Below are positions 25,690 to 38,820 of a stretch of DNA of 64,000 bases, in pieces; positions within the stretch are counted from its first letter, which is position 1, and each line of letters begins with the position of its first letter. This DNA comes from Scyliorhinus canicula (taxonomy: Eukaryota): contig NC_052154.1 of assembly GCF_902713615.1 (NCBI RefSeq), forward strand, positions 68,902,096 to 68,966,095, written 5' to 3'. The notes beneath the pieces were generated by a model. That model saw only the letters and a program-made list of their open reading frames with translations. It had not been told where the DNA came from and did not search any database. The translations under genes and the position numbers were made by a program.

Positions 25690-28600
25690 TCCCCTATCAA
25701 ACCGCTTCAGAATCTTGTACGTTTCATTGAGATCACGTCTCATACTTCTAAAATTTAGTCTAGAAATACAGACCCAATTTACTCAGCCTCTCATCATAGG
25801 AGAACCCTCTCATCTCAGGAAGCAATCTTAAGAACCTTTGTTGTACAGCATCTAATACTAGTACATCCTATCTCAAATCTGAAGACCAAATCTGCACACA
25901 GTACCCCAGGTGTGGTTTCATCAAAGCCCTGTACAATTGTAGCAAGACTCCCTTATTCTTTACTCCAATTCGCTTACAACAAAGGCTAACATACCATTTG
26001 TCTTCCTAATTGTTCACTGTACCTGCATGCTAACTTTTTGCATTCCTTGGTCAAGTACATTCAAGTCTTTTTGAATATCAACATTTAGAATTTTTACACC
26101 TTTTAAAAAGACTCTTCTTTTCTATTCTTCAACCAAATTGAATTACCTCACATTTCTACACATTATACACCACTTGCCACCTTCACTTAACCTGTCTATA
26201 TCACTGTGTATTCTCCTCTCGCCTTACATTCCCACACAGCTTTGTATCATCAGCAAACCTGGATACATTATTCTCGGTTTCTTCATCTAACCAATTAATA
26301 TAAATTGTAAATAGCTGAGGCCCCAGCACTGACGCTTGCAGCGTTCTACTAGTTATCACCTGCCAACTTGAAAATGCCACAATTATCGCTACTCTTTGCT
26401 TTATAACATTAACCAAACCACTGTATGTACTAATATTTGATCCCCAACTCCATGAACCCTTATCTTGCATATTAACTTTTTTATGTGGCACCTTACCAAA
26501 TGACTTTTGGAAATCCAAATACAGTGCATCGGCTGGTTCCCCTTTACCTACAAAAAACCCTAAGGAATTTAACAAACATGATTTCCCTTTCATAACGCCA
26601 TGTTGATTTTGTCTGATTGTGCTTTGATTTTATGAATGCATTGTTAAGATCTCCTTTCTAATAGATTCCAGCATTTTCCCAATGATTGATGTTGGCTAAC
26701 TGGTCTGTGATCCCCAGTTTTCTCTCTCCCTCCTTTCTTGAATAGTAATGTTGCATTTGCTAACTTCCAATCTGCTGGGACATTTCCAGAATGCATCCAC
26801 TATCTCTTGCAAAACCCTCAGATATAGGCCATCAGGTATGTGATTTGTTGGTTTTTAGACCCTGAAGTTTCTCCAAAATTCTTCCCTCAGCTGACATTAA
26901 TTATCTTTATTAGCCCCTTGGTTACCCTGAATGGCTAATTTAGTTCCTTCCACTGTGAAAAGAGACATAGGGCACAATTCTCCCAAAAGATTTCTAAGTT
27001 AATTTGTTGCAAGTTTTTCAGGGAGTTTCCTGCCGGCTCTGCTGGTGCGTTCCCCACCACTATTGAATGGCATTTAGTCACTTTTTGGGTCCCGAGGAGT
27101 TTCTCACCAGTTTAGCCCACACTTCAAATTTTTTTTAGCACTGGGGCGCTGAACTGAGATTGGGCTGGCATTTTGAAAGGGTGCCCTGATCTCTAACTGA
27201 GTTTGTGGATCCCCCCACACACATGGGACACTACGTCTCACCCCGTAAGTGAGGACACCCCACTCTGGGATCCGTGGGGGTTCCCCCTCATCAGGCCGAC
27301 CCCCAAGTCCCCTTACAGCACCCCTCCCTTCTAGGACCCCCCCCCCCCCCACCATCTCCCAGAGACCACTACTTACCTGCCCTGCATTCCCATGTCCTTC
27401 AAACACCCCCTCCACACTAATTTAATGGACATCCCCCCCCCCCCCCCGACCCTTGGCTGTGCCACCCTGGCACTTGCGCACCCTTGCACTGCCCTGCTGG
27501 CACACAGGCAGTACTCCGGCTGCTTGGCAGTGTCATCCTGGCAGCGCTTGGGTGGCAGTCCCATGGTGCAAGTTGGGCAGTGCCAAGGTTCCCACATTCC
27601 AAGAGGAGGGCCAAGAGGGTCACCTTGCCCTTACCTGACTACCCAGGGGTCTCCAATAGCCCGAGAGACCCCCCTCACCCACCCACCCCTGGTGCCGTTC
27701 CATCTGGTCCACATTTTGTGTGGACCAGCAGAAATCGGCGCCTAGCTGCTGCCTCCCTGGGGAGGCTGAAGAATCGAGGGAGGCCGGTGGATCCCGTGTA
27801 TATAGGTCGTAAGTAGGTTTAAGATCTATGTCCACGAGCGTCATTTGGTCCACTTGGGGCAGGGTTCTGACTCCAACATCTCACGGGATTCCGGAGAATC
27901 TCACGAGTCACGGAGCCTGTCAGGAGGCCCACAGCAGGGCTTTCCCTGAGATTCTCCGCCCGCCTTGCGCTCTCTCTTGAGCACAACGCGGCCGGAGAAT
28001 CACGCCAATAAACATTGGTTCAATGTCTATCATTTCCCATAATCATTTATTTGGTTCCTAGCTCTAAAGAACCAATGTTTACTTTGGTTATTCTCCTTTC
28101 GATATGCTCGTAACAAACTCTTACAATTTGTTTTAATATTCCTGACACTTTTTTCTCATTCTATTTTTAATTCCCTTTTTATCAATTTTTTGCCACCTAT
28201 TGCTGGTTCCAAAAATTCTTCCAATCCTCAAGCTTAATACTATTAATTGCAACATTCAAAACCTCTCCTTTTAATACAATACTATCCTTAACTTCCCCAG
28301 TAAGATCTGTGGCTTTCTCACTGAACTTTTGTTTATCAGCGGATGTTATTTTAGTTGAACATTTTGAATTATTTCTTTAAATGTTTCCTACTGTTTATTT
28401 GCCGCCTTTTCCCCCCTCAAACCCATGTAATTTGTTTGGTTTAAGAATCTTCTTTGGGGGTGGCAAACGTTGCTCTCAAACTTAACATGGAATTCAAATA
28501 TATTGTGTCCATCCTCCCACCCCACAAAGGATATTGTACTGTGATGTCACTAATTAAATGTGCCTCATGGTACAATACTAGCTTTATCCCCAGTTGGTTC

Positions 28601-29170
28601 CATGAGAACATAAAAAAATAAAGACAGAAGTAGGCCAGTGTATTGTTCCAGGGAATTGTCATGAAAGCATTCTACAATCTCATGTTCCAGATTTGATTTG
28701 TCCAGACTTTGTGAAGGTTAAAAGCCTTTCAATTGCTGCATTGCCTTGGACACATGCTCCAATAATTTCTTACTTATGCACTGTCCAACTGTATAACTAC
28801 TATACAAAGCTATGCCGAACAGCGCTTTCTAACCCTTTTTGTTCTAAATTTCCATCCATGCTGATGTTTCCTCCTGATCTTCTGAGGCAAGATCCTTTCT
28901 TACTGCTGTCCTTATATCATCCTTTATTATCAGGGTGGCTACTCCTTAGTTTCCATTTAGCCTGTATTTTCAAAATTTTTTAAATTTCCCATCCTTGGTT
29001 ACCTTGTAACAATGTCTTTTTATTGGTGACAACATCAAAACCATTTACTTCTATTTGTCTATCTTCTGAATGCCTTGTGCATTCAGAAAAAGGGGAGCTT
29101 TGAATTAAATTTTATTTTTAAACTATTATTCTTTGAATGGACCTTATTCGCTGATGCACTATGATTGTTG
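25690..29170 (-). mobile_element. Decayed CR1 LINE split by a DNA-transposon insertion
   Basis: RT remnants (YLDFQKSFGKVPH, SVLGPQLFTIYIN, RFADD) at 26201-26593. Sequence continues past 28008. Confidence 0.75.
26970..28007. mobile_element. Non-autonomous DNA transposon (PIF/Harbinger-like)
   Basis: Imperfect TIRs GGGCACAATTCTCC / GGAGAATCACGCCA, 3-bp TSD ATA, GC-rich non-coding interior interrupting an AT-rich CR1. Confidence 0.65.
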
Positions 29171-29686
29171 AAAACACTCTGTCCTTCCCTGTTCCGCTGT
29201 TCTTTACACTGCTCTATTATTTTGACTTTTCTCTTTCGATTTTGAAATCTCCCTTCTTCCCCAGCTTTTTACTCCAAAGCTCCACCAGCAACACTTGTTA
29301 CTGTATACAATTTGCCAAGACACTGGCCACAGCCCATTTATATGGACCCCATTCCAATGGAATTGATCTCTTGCTACACAGTGCCCCTAAAATCTAAATC
29401 ACTTCACCCCACACCACCCTTTGAGCCACATGTTTAATTCACTAATCTGCTTGACCCAATGCCAATTAACAAATGTTGCTCAGGTAATGATCCAGGGTTG
29501 ATCACATTTGAGATTCTGCATTTTAATTTGAACCCTAGCTCCTCAAACATTCTCAGAACGTGAAATCATGCTAACTATAAACAATGTGGATGGAAATCAG
29601 GAACAAAAAAGGGGTTTATTTCAAGTCTCCATTCTTATTGAAAATTAAGTCGTTTAAGTGACTCCAGTCACTTTTATGCAGCATAC

Positions 29687-30392
29687 CTGGATTTAGTTCA
29701 TTAACCATCTTTACAACCATTTCAAGTTTGGTCCTTCCTACTGTCGGCCCTAAATGAATGTCAGCCAATAAAACCATCCTCAAATTGTGGAATGACTGAG
29801 GTAGCTTGTGTACAGGTATTTCCACCTGTTTGACGAGAGGAGGCTGGCGTGCATTGTGAAGCCCCATAACAGTGCAGGCAATGGTGAACAGGAAGACCAG
29901 AAGCAACTTGACCACATTCCGACTGTGGCTAGGGGCAACCCAGCCAAATGGCACCAGCTTATGGCAATGTTCCAGGAGCCCTAAAACAAGGAGGCCGAAA
30001 ATGAGGAAAATGTACATCCCCAGGCAGGTGTAGGAGACCAGGGAGAAGACATGAGGCTCCTCTGACACCAGCGTCAGCAGGGTGAAGAAGCTGGAATGAG
30101 CAAGAAGGAGAAAAATCGAGACGGTGACCTTCCAGGCGGCGAAACAGCGGGAGCCACTGCAGGGATGTGGGCAGGAGGTCTGCAGGCTGGACACGGTCCT
30201 TTTCCAGATGTACCTAGAGCCGATTGACACGAGGCAGTTGGCGAAGAGCAGAAACTGCACACGGAATAACTTCACCAGGGTCTGTTGAGCAAAGTAGTCC
30301 CCCAAGCTTCTGGAAATGGCCATGGAGCCCAGCACGGCAGCAGCTGCCAAAGAGACCCGGACCTCCCAGGACAGTCTGCCCAAAGACAACAT
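29687..30392 (-). CDS. TMPPE: TMPPE coding exon 1 (transmembrane segments and start of the metallophosphoesterase domain)
   Basis: ATG at 30392 gives MLSLGRLSWEVRVSLAAAAVLGSM..., several hydrophobic helices, AHSSFFT, EEP and ADIHLGPTVGRTK (DxH motif), matching vertebrate TMPPE as I recall it. Exon ends ...NELNP-G|GTATGC with a phase-1 donor at 29686. Confidence 0.93.
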
Positions 30393-30922
30393 CTTCCAAT
30401 CCCCAACATGCACCCACTTTTTCCTCTTTCAAGTCTTCCTGGGGTGGGTGAGGCTTGCGTGCATATGCGCAAGGGGAATTTTTTATTGGACCGGGGCTAA
30501 ATCCAGCGCAGGCCGTTTGCTTCACAGGCCTGCATTTACGCAGCGCCACTCACCACTCACGTACTTGAGAGGGAGGGGCGGGACTTGTGCAGCCAATGGC
30601 GCGGCCCGTGGCCACCCCAAGTGGCAATCCCCGGGGAACGTTCCATTGGAACTTGGGTCTGGGGATTCCACGTTCCAAAAGGTCGCGCGCCTCTGTTCCA
30701 ATTGCCCCGAAGCCGCCCCATGTCCAACTCAATTCCAGTCTGCAAACCAGCAACCAGCGCAGATCAGAGAAGCTCGCTGGACATTTGGGGTAACAGACAC
30801 TGGCCCCTTATAAAGGACTAATAAAACTTAAGCACGCACGTCGTAGAGGGAAGTCGTGTAATTTGTATAACGGCTCGGGTTTGATTTTCGTCAATGGATT
30901 TCAAAGGGTGTTTGCATAACTA
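30050..30922. promoter_or_regulatory. CpG-rich divergent promoter region between TMPPE and tRNA-Leu
   Basis: Local CpG enrichment, GC box GGGGCGGGAC (~30575-30584), CCAAT (~30593), NRF1-like TGCGTGCATATGCGC (~30456-30470). Confidence 0.55.
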
Positions 30923-31005
30923 GTCAGGATGGCCGAGCGGTCTAAGGCGCTGCGTTCAGGTCGCAGTCTCCTCTGGAGGCGTGGGTTCGAATCCCACTCC
31001 TGACA
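30923..31005 (+). tRNA. tRNA-Leu(CAG)
   Basis: 83 nt, GTCAGGATGGCCGAGCGGTCTAAGGCGCTGCGTTCAGGTCGCAG...GGTTCGAATCCCACTCCTGACA. Acceptor stem pairs, long variable arm, A and B boxes, T6 Pol III terminator at 31012-31017. Confidence 0.97.
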
Positions 31006-31121
31006 GTAGCATTTTTTCCTCTTTTTTTTTCTTTACACCTTCACTCAAATGCTGCTCACAACCCTGCAATTATTCATAAACGTGTAAAATATACGCAGTA
31101 ACCTGTTGACAAATATTTCAC

Positions 31122-31310
31122 CATTTTTAAAAATAAGTTTAGTGTACCCAATTCATTTTTTCCAATTAAGGGGCAATTTAGTGTGGCCAATCCACCTAAC
31201 CTGCACATCTTTGGGTTGTGGGGGGTGAAACCCACACAAACACAGGGAGAATATGCAAACTCCACACAGACAGTGACCCAGAGCCGGTATCAAACCTGGG
31301 ACCGCGGCGC
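31122..31310 (-). mobile_element. 5'-truncated short HE1-like SINE
   Basis: TSD CAAATATTTCAC at 31110-31121 and 31311-31322. The empty site is visible in the paralogous flank near 39707-39718. Confidence 0.85.
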
Positions 31311-32435
31311 CAAATATTTCACTATTAATGGCAAACATCACAAATTCATTACTTTTTTATAACTATATATGTACCCATTTCCATGAAGCACAGAAAGTAG
31401 GCCATGTCAACCATCACATCTGTGCCATTTCTTTTAAATAGTGGCCCAGAGGGCCCAACACAAGGCCACACAAAAAATAACCCTCAAAATGCAGGCAAAC
31501 AGGACGTGAAGAGCAGAAGGGAGGGGAGAGCAAACAACAGGGAGAGGGAGGGCACTGCCCGCAGACAAACAACAAACTTCCACCCAAGGTGAAGTAAAGG
31601 GCCTAGAATAAGACCCTGAAACAGCGAAAGAGGGCGAGAGGGGTGCCGAAAAGGAACATGTAAACTAGCCGTCTCAACTATCTCTAACGAATGTACAGTG
31701 TAAATATGTAAAACTTTTAATAAAAATATTTTTAAAAAGAGAGATCCAATTAAATCCACTCCCTGATCATTCTCTATGTCCCTTCAATATTTTCCTTTTT
31801 AAGTCCGAATCCAATATGGCGCTGCCTTCTCAACGTTGCCCCTTGCCTGAGGTGTGATGATTCTCAGGTTATATCACCACCAGTCAGCTCTCCCCCTTAA
31901 AAAGGAAAGCAGCTTATCTGGGACTATTGCGACTTTACTTTATAGATCCAATTCCCTTCCGTGAGTTATGACTGAATCTACTTCCATCACCTTTCTTTCA
32001 GGAGATCTTTTTTTTGCAATTCCGACAATGACTAGGGGCAGTTCTGAGCTTAGTTTTAAGGAATTATTCTGGGCAGGTGAAAGGGGTGCCAATGAGAGAG
32101 CATTTTAGTGGCAGTGATCACAATTCAGCTTGATTTGGACCAGTTATGGAAAATGATAAAGATAGATCAGAAGTAGAAGGTTTAAATTGGGGAAAGGCCA
32201 TTGTTATTAATCAATGGCCCGAAAGGCCTCGTTCTGCACTGTAAATTCTATGATCTATGATCTAAGATGTGATTTGGCGGAAATGGTCTGAAACAGCTGC
32301 TTCAAGATAAATCAGTGTCAGAGCAGCCAGAGGCATTCAAGGATAATGGTAGATTGCAGAGCAAATATGCTCTGACAATGAAAAAGTGTAGGATTTCCAA
32401 ATCTAGAACAAACAGCAATCAAAAATAAGTCAAGG

Positions 32436-33402
32436 TTTGGGGATTTGTTTATAAATGGGGGCTTTCCGTGTTTGGAAGAATTGGAGGAGGAGTTCGAACT
32501 GCCAAATGGGAATGGGTTCCGTTACCTGCAGGTGAGGGACTTTGTGCGGAGGCAGGTTTCGACTTTCCTGCACCTGCTGCCCCAGGGGCTACATGATAAG
32601 GTGGTGTCAAAAACGGGAGTGGGGTGTTGTGTTATATAATTTGGAATAACACAAGCTGCCACTTGACGCAGTTTTGAGTAAAAGATGCTCCAGACTTTGA
32701 AGTGAGTTCAATGTGTTTTATTGAACTACTAGCACAGTTCTCAATGAGTTCGACTCTCTGATAATCTAAAAGTAGTAACTCAGTCTGACTGAACCAACCT
32801 TGCTCTAAGCCATGTGCTGGGGTGTAATGCTGAGGATACATCCTGTCTCACTCTGTAGATGTTGGTCTGTGGAAAGAGGTGGGGTGTGAGTGCCTCACCC
32901 CTTTTATAGTGAGATACCACCCCTGAGTGTCCTGACTGCTCATTGGTCGTGACCTATTCTATGTGTTCGTTAGCTGCATGTTTGCATGTCATGACATATG
33001 GGAAGGGAAAGTATCGGAGATTTATAAGGAGCTGATGGGGTGGGAGGGAGCCCCGGTAGGCGAGGTGAAGAGCTGGGTGGGGAGTTGGAGGCTGGGTTGT
33101 GGGAGGACACCCTGAAGCAAGCCAGTGTATCCTCGTCGGTGTGCCAGGCTTGCCTGATAAAATTCAAGGTGGTCCACAGGGCGCACATGACTGTGGCCTG
33201 GATGAGTAGGTTCTTCGAAGGGGTGGAGGATAGGTGTGTGCGGGTGGGCCTGCGAATCATATCCACATGTTTTGGGCATGTCCGAGGCTTAGGGGATTCT
33301 GGCAGGGGTTTGCTGACATCATGTCGGAGGTGCTGAAGGTAAGGGTGATTCCAAGTCCAGAGGTGCCGATTTTTGGTGTGTCAGAAAACCCAGGAGTCGG
33401 GG

Positions 33403-33441
<39 letters not shown>

Positions 33442-33625
33442 GAGAGGCCGATGTCTTGGCCTTTGCCACCCCCCCCCCCCCCCCTCCTCCCCCAGTAGCC
33501 TGGAGATGGATTTTATTGGCATGGAGGGACTCGGAGCCTCCAAAGTCGAGAGTGTGGGTTAGCGACATGGCAGGGTTTCTCTGGCTTGAGAAGATTAAGT
33601 TTGCCCTGAGGGGATTTTTGGTCTA
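32436..33625 (+). mobile_element. L1/Tx1 ORF2 3' fragment
   Basis: LEELEEEFELPNGNGFRYLQVRDFVRR, LIKFKVVHRAHMT, HIHMFWACP; homologous to the element at 59269-63063. Confidence 0.8.
32630..32996 (-). mobile_element. Probable solo LTR inserted in the L1 fragment
   Basis: TGTTAT...ATGACA termini; minus-strand CCAAT, TATAAAA and AATAAA in LTR order; cleanly interrupts the L1. TSD unclear. Confidence 0.6.
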
Positions 33626-33759
33626 ATTAATTTGATTACATTTTTTGAGGAAGTAATAAGGAGAGTTAATAAGTCGTAGAGTCATAGAATCATACAGCAT
33701 AGAAAAGGCCCTTTGACCCATCTCGTCCACGCATCAGCAGTGCACATGTAAATACCACT

Positions 33760-34006
33760 TTTTAAAATTTTATTTATTTATTTTTTAATTTAGAGTATTC
33801 AATTATTATTTTCTTTCCAATTAAGGGGCAATTTTTTAGCATGGCCAATCCACCTAACCTGCACATCCTTGGGTTGTGGGGGTGAAACCCACGGAGACAT
33901 GGGGAGAATGTGCGAACTCCACACAGACACTGACCCAGGGCCGGGATTCGAACCCAGATCCTCAGCGCCACCGTCCCAGGGCTATCCACTGTGCCACATG
34001 CTGCCC
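33760..34006 (-). mobile_element. Short HE1-like SINE inserted in a CR1 3' fragment (~33680-34490)
   Basis: Family core and A-rich tail, degenerate TSD. Confidence 0.8.
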
Positions 34007-34849
34007 AGATATCTAAATACTTCTTAAATGTTCTAAGGGTCTCTGCCTCCACCACCCTTTCAGGCAGCGAATTCCAAACTTCCACCACCTTTTAGGTAAA
34101 AAGGATTTTCCTCACATCCCCTCTAAATCTCCTGACCCTTACTTAAATCTATACCCCCTGGCCATTGACCCCTCCTCCAGCGGTAAAGGTTTGTTCCTGT
34201 CTACGGTATTCTTCTTCAGTGTAACCGAACAGGCACTGACTGCAATGTGACGACTAGGACATTTTCACAGTAACTTCATTGCAGTGTTACTGTAAGCCTA
34301 CTTGTGACACTAATAAATATTATTATTATTATTGCTCTACTATGCCCCTCATAATTTTCTACATCTCACTCATGTCCCCCCTCAATCTCCTCTGCTCCAA
34401 AGAAAACAATCCAAGTCTATCCAATCTCTCTTTATAATTAACATTCTACAGCCCAGGCAACATCCTGGTAAATCTCCTCTACACTCTTATGAGAATATCT
34501 TGTTTGGTGTAATCTAAATGGCAAGCATTTCAAATGTCAAGGTCACAAAACCCCACATGGCAGACTGGTCTCTGTGATTGACAGGTGCTCTGACCAATCT
34601 GCTTCAATTACGACTTAAAGGACACTGCCTGAAACACATGTGATGATATGAGCAGTGCCATCTTTGGTCCTGGCCACTGCTGATCCTGTCACTCACAATG
34701 ACATAAGGGAGTAAAAGACTGGAACAGCACGTGCTTGGCATTGGTAGCAAATGCAGCCAAAAGTCCATGGGATCCAAGGGTAAGTGGCAAGTTGTTCCAA
34801 ATTTACTTCAGTGGAAGGATGCAGAGGGTCAATGGGTATTCGTGTTACT

Positions 34850-36396
34850 ATAAGACCATAAGACATAGGAGTGGAAGTAAGGCCATTCGGCCCATCGAGT
34901 CCACTCCGCCATTCAATCATGGCTGATGGGCATTTCAACTCCACCTACCAGCATTCTCCCCGTAGCCCTTAATTCCTCGCGACATCAAGAATTTATCTAT
35001 CTCTGCCTTGAAGCCATTTAGCGTCCCGGCCTCCACTGCACTCCGCGGCAATGAATTCCACAGGCCCACCACTCTCTGGCTGAAGAAATGTCTCCGCATT
35101 TCTGTTCTGAATTTACCCCCTCTAATTCTAAGGCTGTGCCCACGGGTCCTCGTCTCCTCGCCTAACGGAAACAGTTTCTTTGCGTCCACCCTTTCTAAGC
35201 CATGTATTATCTTGTAAGTTTCTATTAGATCTCCCCTTAACCTTCTAAACTCCAATGAATACAATCCCAGGATCCTCAGCCGTTCATCATATGTTAGACC
35301 CGCCATTCCAGGGATCATCCGTGTGAATCTCCGCTGGACACGCTCCAGTGCCAGTATGTCCTTCCTGAGATGTGGGGCCCAAAACTGGACACAGTACTCC
35401 AAATGGGGCCTAACCAGAGCCTTATAAAGACTCAGTAGCACATCGCTGCTTTTATATTCCAACCCTCTTGAGATAAATGACAACATTGCATTCGCTTTCT
35501 TAATCACAGATTCAACCTGCATGTTTACCTTTAGGGAATCCTCGACTAGCACTCCCAGATCCCTTTGTATTTTGGCATTATGAATTTTCTCACCGTTTAG
35601 AAAGTAGTCTATGCTTGGATTCTTTTTTCCAAAGTGCAAGACCTCACATTTTCTCACGTTGAATTGCATCAGCCATTTCCTGCACCACTCTCCCAAACTG
35701 TCTAGATCCTTCTGCAGCCTCCCCACTTCCTCAGCACTACCTGCCTGACCACCTAACTTTGTATCATCGGCAAACTTCGCTAGAATGCCCCCAGTCCCTT
35801 CATCCTGATCATTAATATATATGGTGAACAGCTGCGGCCCCAACACTGAACCCTGTGGGACACCGCTGGTCACCGGCTGCCATTCCGAAAAAGAACCTTT
35901 TATCCCAACTCTCTGCCTTCTGTCAGACAGCCAATCCTCAACCCATGCCAGTAGCTCACCTCGAACACCATGGGCCCTCACCTTACTCAGCAGCCTCCTG
36001 TGTGGCACCTTATCAAAGGCCTTTTGGAAATCCAGATAGACCACATCCACTGGGTTTCCCTGGTCTAACCTACTTGTCACCTCCTCAAAGAATTCTAACA
36101 GGTTCGTCAGGCACGACCTCCCCTTACTAACTCCATGTTGACTTGTTCTAATCCGACCCTGCTCTTCCAAGAATTTAGAAATCTCATCCTTAACGATCGA
36201 TTCTAGAATTTTACCGACAACCGAGGTTAGGCTAATTGGCCTATAATTTTCCATCTTTTGTCTTGATCCTTTCTTGAACAAGGGGGTTACAACAGCGATC
36301 TTCCAATCGTCCGGGACTTTCCCTGACTCCAGTGATTTTTGAAAGATCTCAACCAACGCTTCCGCTATTTCTTCAGCCACCTCTCTCAGAACTCTA
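34850..36396 (-). mobile_element. Young 5'-truncated CR1 LINE with uninterrupted RT ORF (34935-36380)
   Basis: 481-aa open frame with NYRPISLTS, YLDFQKAFDKVPH, GVPQGSVLGP, KFADD. 3' microsatellite tail (TCTTATGG)n and 6-bp flanking repeat GTTACT at 34844-34849 and 36397-36402. Confidence 0.93.
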
Positions 36397-36479
36397 GTTA
36401 CTGATAGGTTGTTTCTGGTGGGGTTTCACAGGCTTCAGTATGGGTCCTGTTTGTGATATATTTCAATGTTTTAGACTAA

Positions 36480-37155
36480 AATGGCACCAAAAATAAGAAG
36501 GTACAGCAGGTGGTAAAGAAGGCAAATGGTATGTTAGCCTTCAGAGTGAGAGGATTAAGTACAGAAGCAGGGATGTCTTGCTTCAATTATGCAGGGCCTT
36601 GGTGAGGCCATACCTGTGTCCAGTTTTGTCTCCTTATCTGAGGAAGGATGTTTTGACTGTAGCAAGAGTGCAGCAAAGGTTTACAAGACTGATTCCTGGG
36701 ATAGCAGGACTGACCTTTGAGGAGAGATTGAATTGGTTAGGATTGTATTCGCTGGAGTTCAGAAAAATGAGAGGGGGGGACCTCATAGACACCTATTAAA
36801 TTCTAATAGGACTAGACAGGGTAGATGCAGGAAGGATGTTCCCGGGTATGTCCAGAACCAGGGATGACAGTCTGAGGATACGGGGTAGACCATTTAGGAC
36901 AGAGAGGAGGAGAACTTTCTTTGCAATGTGAGTGGTTGGCCTGTGGAATTCGTTACCACGGGAAGTAGTTGAGGCCAAAACATTGCATGTTTTTAAGAAG
37001 CAGTTAGGTGTAGCACTTAGGGCGAAGGGGGAATCAAAGGATATGGGGGGGAAAGCGGGATTAGGCTATTGAGTTGGATGATCAGCCATGATCATCATGA
37101 ATAGTAGAACAGGTTGGAAGGGCTGAATGACCTCATCGTGCTCCTATTTTTTATG
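36480..37155 (+). mobile_element. CR1 3' fragment
   Basis: VQQRFTRLIPG...LGLYSLEFR remnants and a CR1 tail. Confidence 0.8.
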
Positions 37156-37282
37156 TTTGAAAATTTGTTCTGTTGTTGATAGTGCAGAAGAAAGATATGG
37201 ATAACAGAAATAAACCAATGGACTGAACTGGTCTGGTGGGCATAAACATGGCAATTGGAATTCAATACTTTTGAGCAGGACA

Positions 37283-37511
37283 GGGCTGCTCAGTGTAACA
37301 GTGGTTAGCACTGATGCCTTATGGTGCTGAGGACCCGGGTTCAATCCCACCCTGGGTTACTGTCAGTGTGGAGTTTGCACATTCTCCCTGTGTCTGCGAG
37401 GGTTTCGTCCCCACAACCCATAAATGTGCAGGCTAGGTGGATTGGCCATGCTAAATTGCCCTTTAATTAGAAAAAAATAATTGGGTACTCTAAATTTATA
37501 TATTAAAAAAA
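37283..37511 (+). mobile_element. Short poly(A)-tailed HE1-like SINE
   Basis: 13-bp TSD TTTGAGCAGGACA at 37270-37282 and 37512-37524. Confidence 0.85.
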
Positions 37512-37559
37512 TTTGAGCAGGACAAACAAGGCAAGGGAATACACAATAAATAGAAGCTC

Positions 37560-38820
37560 CGACCACACACTTTTCAATTCTGTGGGCATGATGCCAGATG
37601 ACTGGAGGAGTGCTAATGTTGTACCAGTGATTAAAAAAGGAAGGAAGGGATAACCTGAGCATTTACAGGCCAGTCATTCCAATCTCGGTGGTGGATAATT
37701 AATTGGAAACAAATTGTGAGACTATATCATTTAGAAAGGCATAGATTAATTAAGGACAGTTTGATGGATTTGTTAAGGGAATGTCATGTCTAATTTGATT
37801 ACATTTTTTGAGGAACTAACAAGGAGAATCGATGAGAATAACTTGTTTGGTATAATCCAAATGGATTTTAGCTAGCCAGAGAAGAATAAAGGAACAGAGG
37901 GATCTTGGAGTACATGTCCATAGATTCCCTGAAGGTGGCAGGGATCCGGTTTCCTCCCACAGTCCAAAGATGTGCAGGTTAGGTAGATTGGCGATGATAA
38001 TTGCCCTTAGTGTCAATAAGCTTAGGCGGGGTTACTGGGTTACGGAGATAGGGTGGAGGCGTGGGCTTAAGTTGGGTGCTCTTTCCAAAGGGCCAGTGCA
38101 GACTCGATGGGCCAAATGGCCTCCACCTGCACTGTAAATTCTATGATTCTATTCTATGAACAGAACAGGGAGATAATGTAGTGAAGAAGGCACTTCATAG
38201 ATTTTTATTGAATTCCTACAGTGCAGAAGGAGGTGATTCAGCCCAGCAAGTCTGTAACAACCCTCTGAAAGCATGCTCCTCCCCCCCCCCCCCCCCCCCC
38301 CCACCGGGTCAAGCCCTATCGCATTCCCATAACCCAGTAGCCTCAATTAGCGTTTTGGACACTAAGGGGCAATTGATGATGGCCAATCCACCTAACCTGC
38401 ACATCCAGCATATTTTTCTTTATTGATTTACGGTTCTATATGATAATCTATAGGAACATTAGAAATAGTTGCAGGAGAACAATATTGAGAACAACCCATT
38501 GAGCCTGCTTCATCATTCAATATGACCATGGCTGTTCTTGTGCTTCAACTCCACATTCCCACCTGCCCCCCCATTCCCTTGATACTGTGATGGACCAAAA
38601 TTCTGTTTATCCCAGCCTTAAATATATACAATGATGGTCCATCCACAACCCTCCGTGGTAGAGACTTCCAAAGAGTCACAAACTTTTGAGTGAAGACATT
38701 TCTGTTCATCTTAGTCCTAAATGATTGCTCCTTTCCCTGAAACTGTGCCCCCTTTTTCTAGATTCCCCAGTCAGGAGGTACAATGTCTCAGTATCTAGCC
38801 TGTTAAATCACTAGTTCATC
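37560..38820. repeat. Mosaic of CR1 fragments and two tail-to-tail truncated HE1-like SINEs (~37945-38155 plus, ~38196-38405 minus)
   Basis: Recognisable HE1 3' halves and CR1 RT/tail remnants. Confidence 0.65.

Noticed and set aside
29616-29686. ORF-track C-terminus of TMPPE (GMLHKSDW...) and its GTG start at 30413
   Set aside because: Read-through past the donor at 29686. Homology begins at the ATG at 30392.
30630-30680. HSE-like GAACGTTC and NF-kB-like GGGGATTCCA motifs near the TMPPE promoter
   Set aside because: Only two correctly spaced nGAAn units and an imperfect kB site, as expected by chance in GC-rich DNA.
31437-31735. A-tailed ~300-bp insert present in only one tRNA flank
   Set aside because: Probably a LINE 3' UTR fragment. 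Family not identifiable and TSD degenerate, so used only as support for the duplication.
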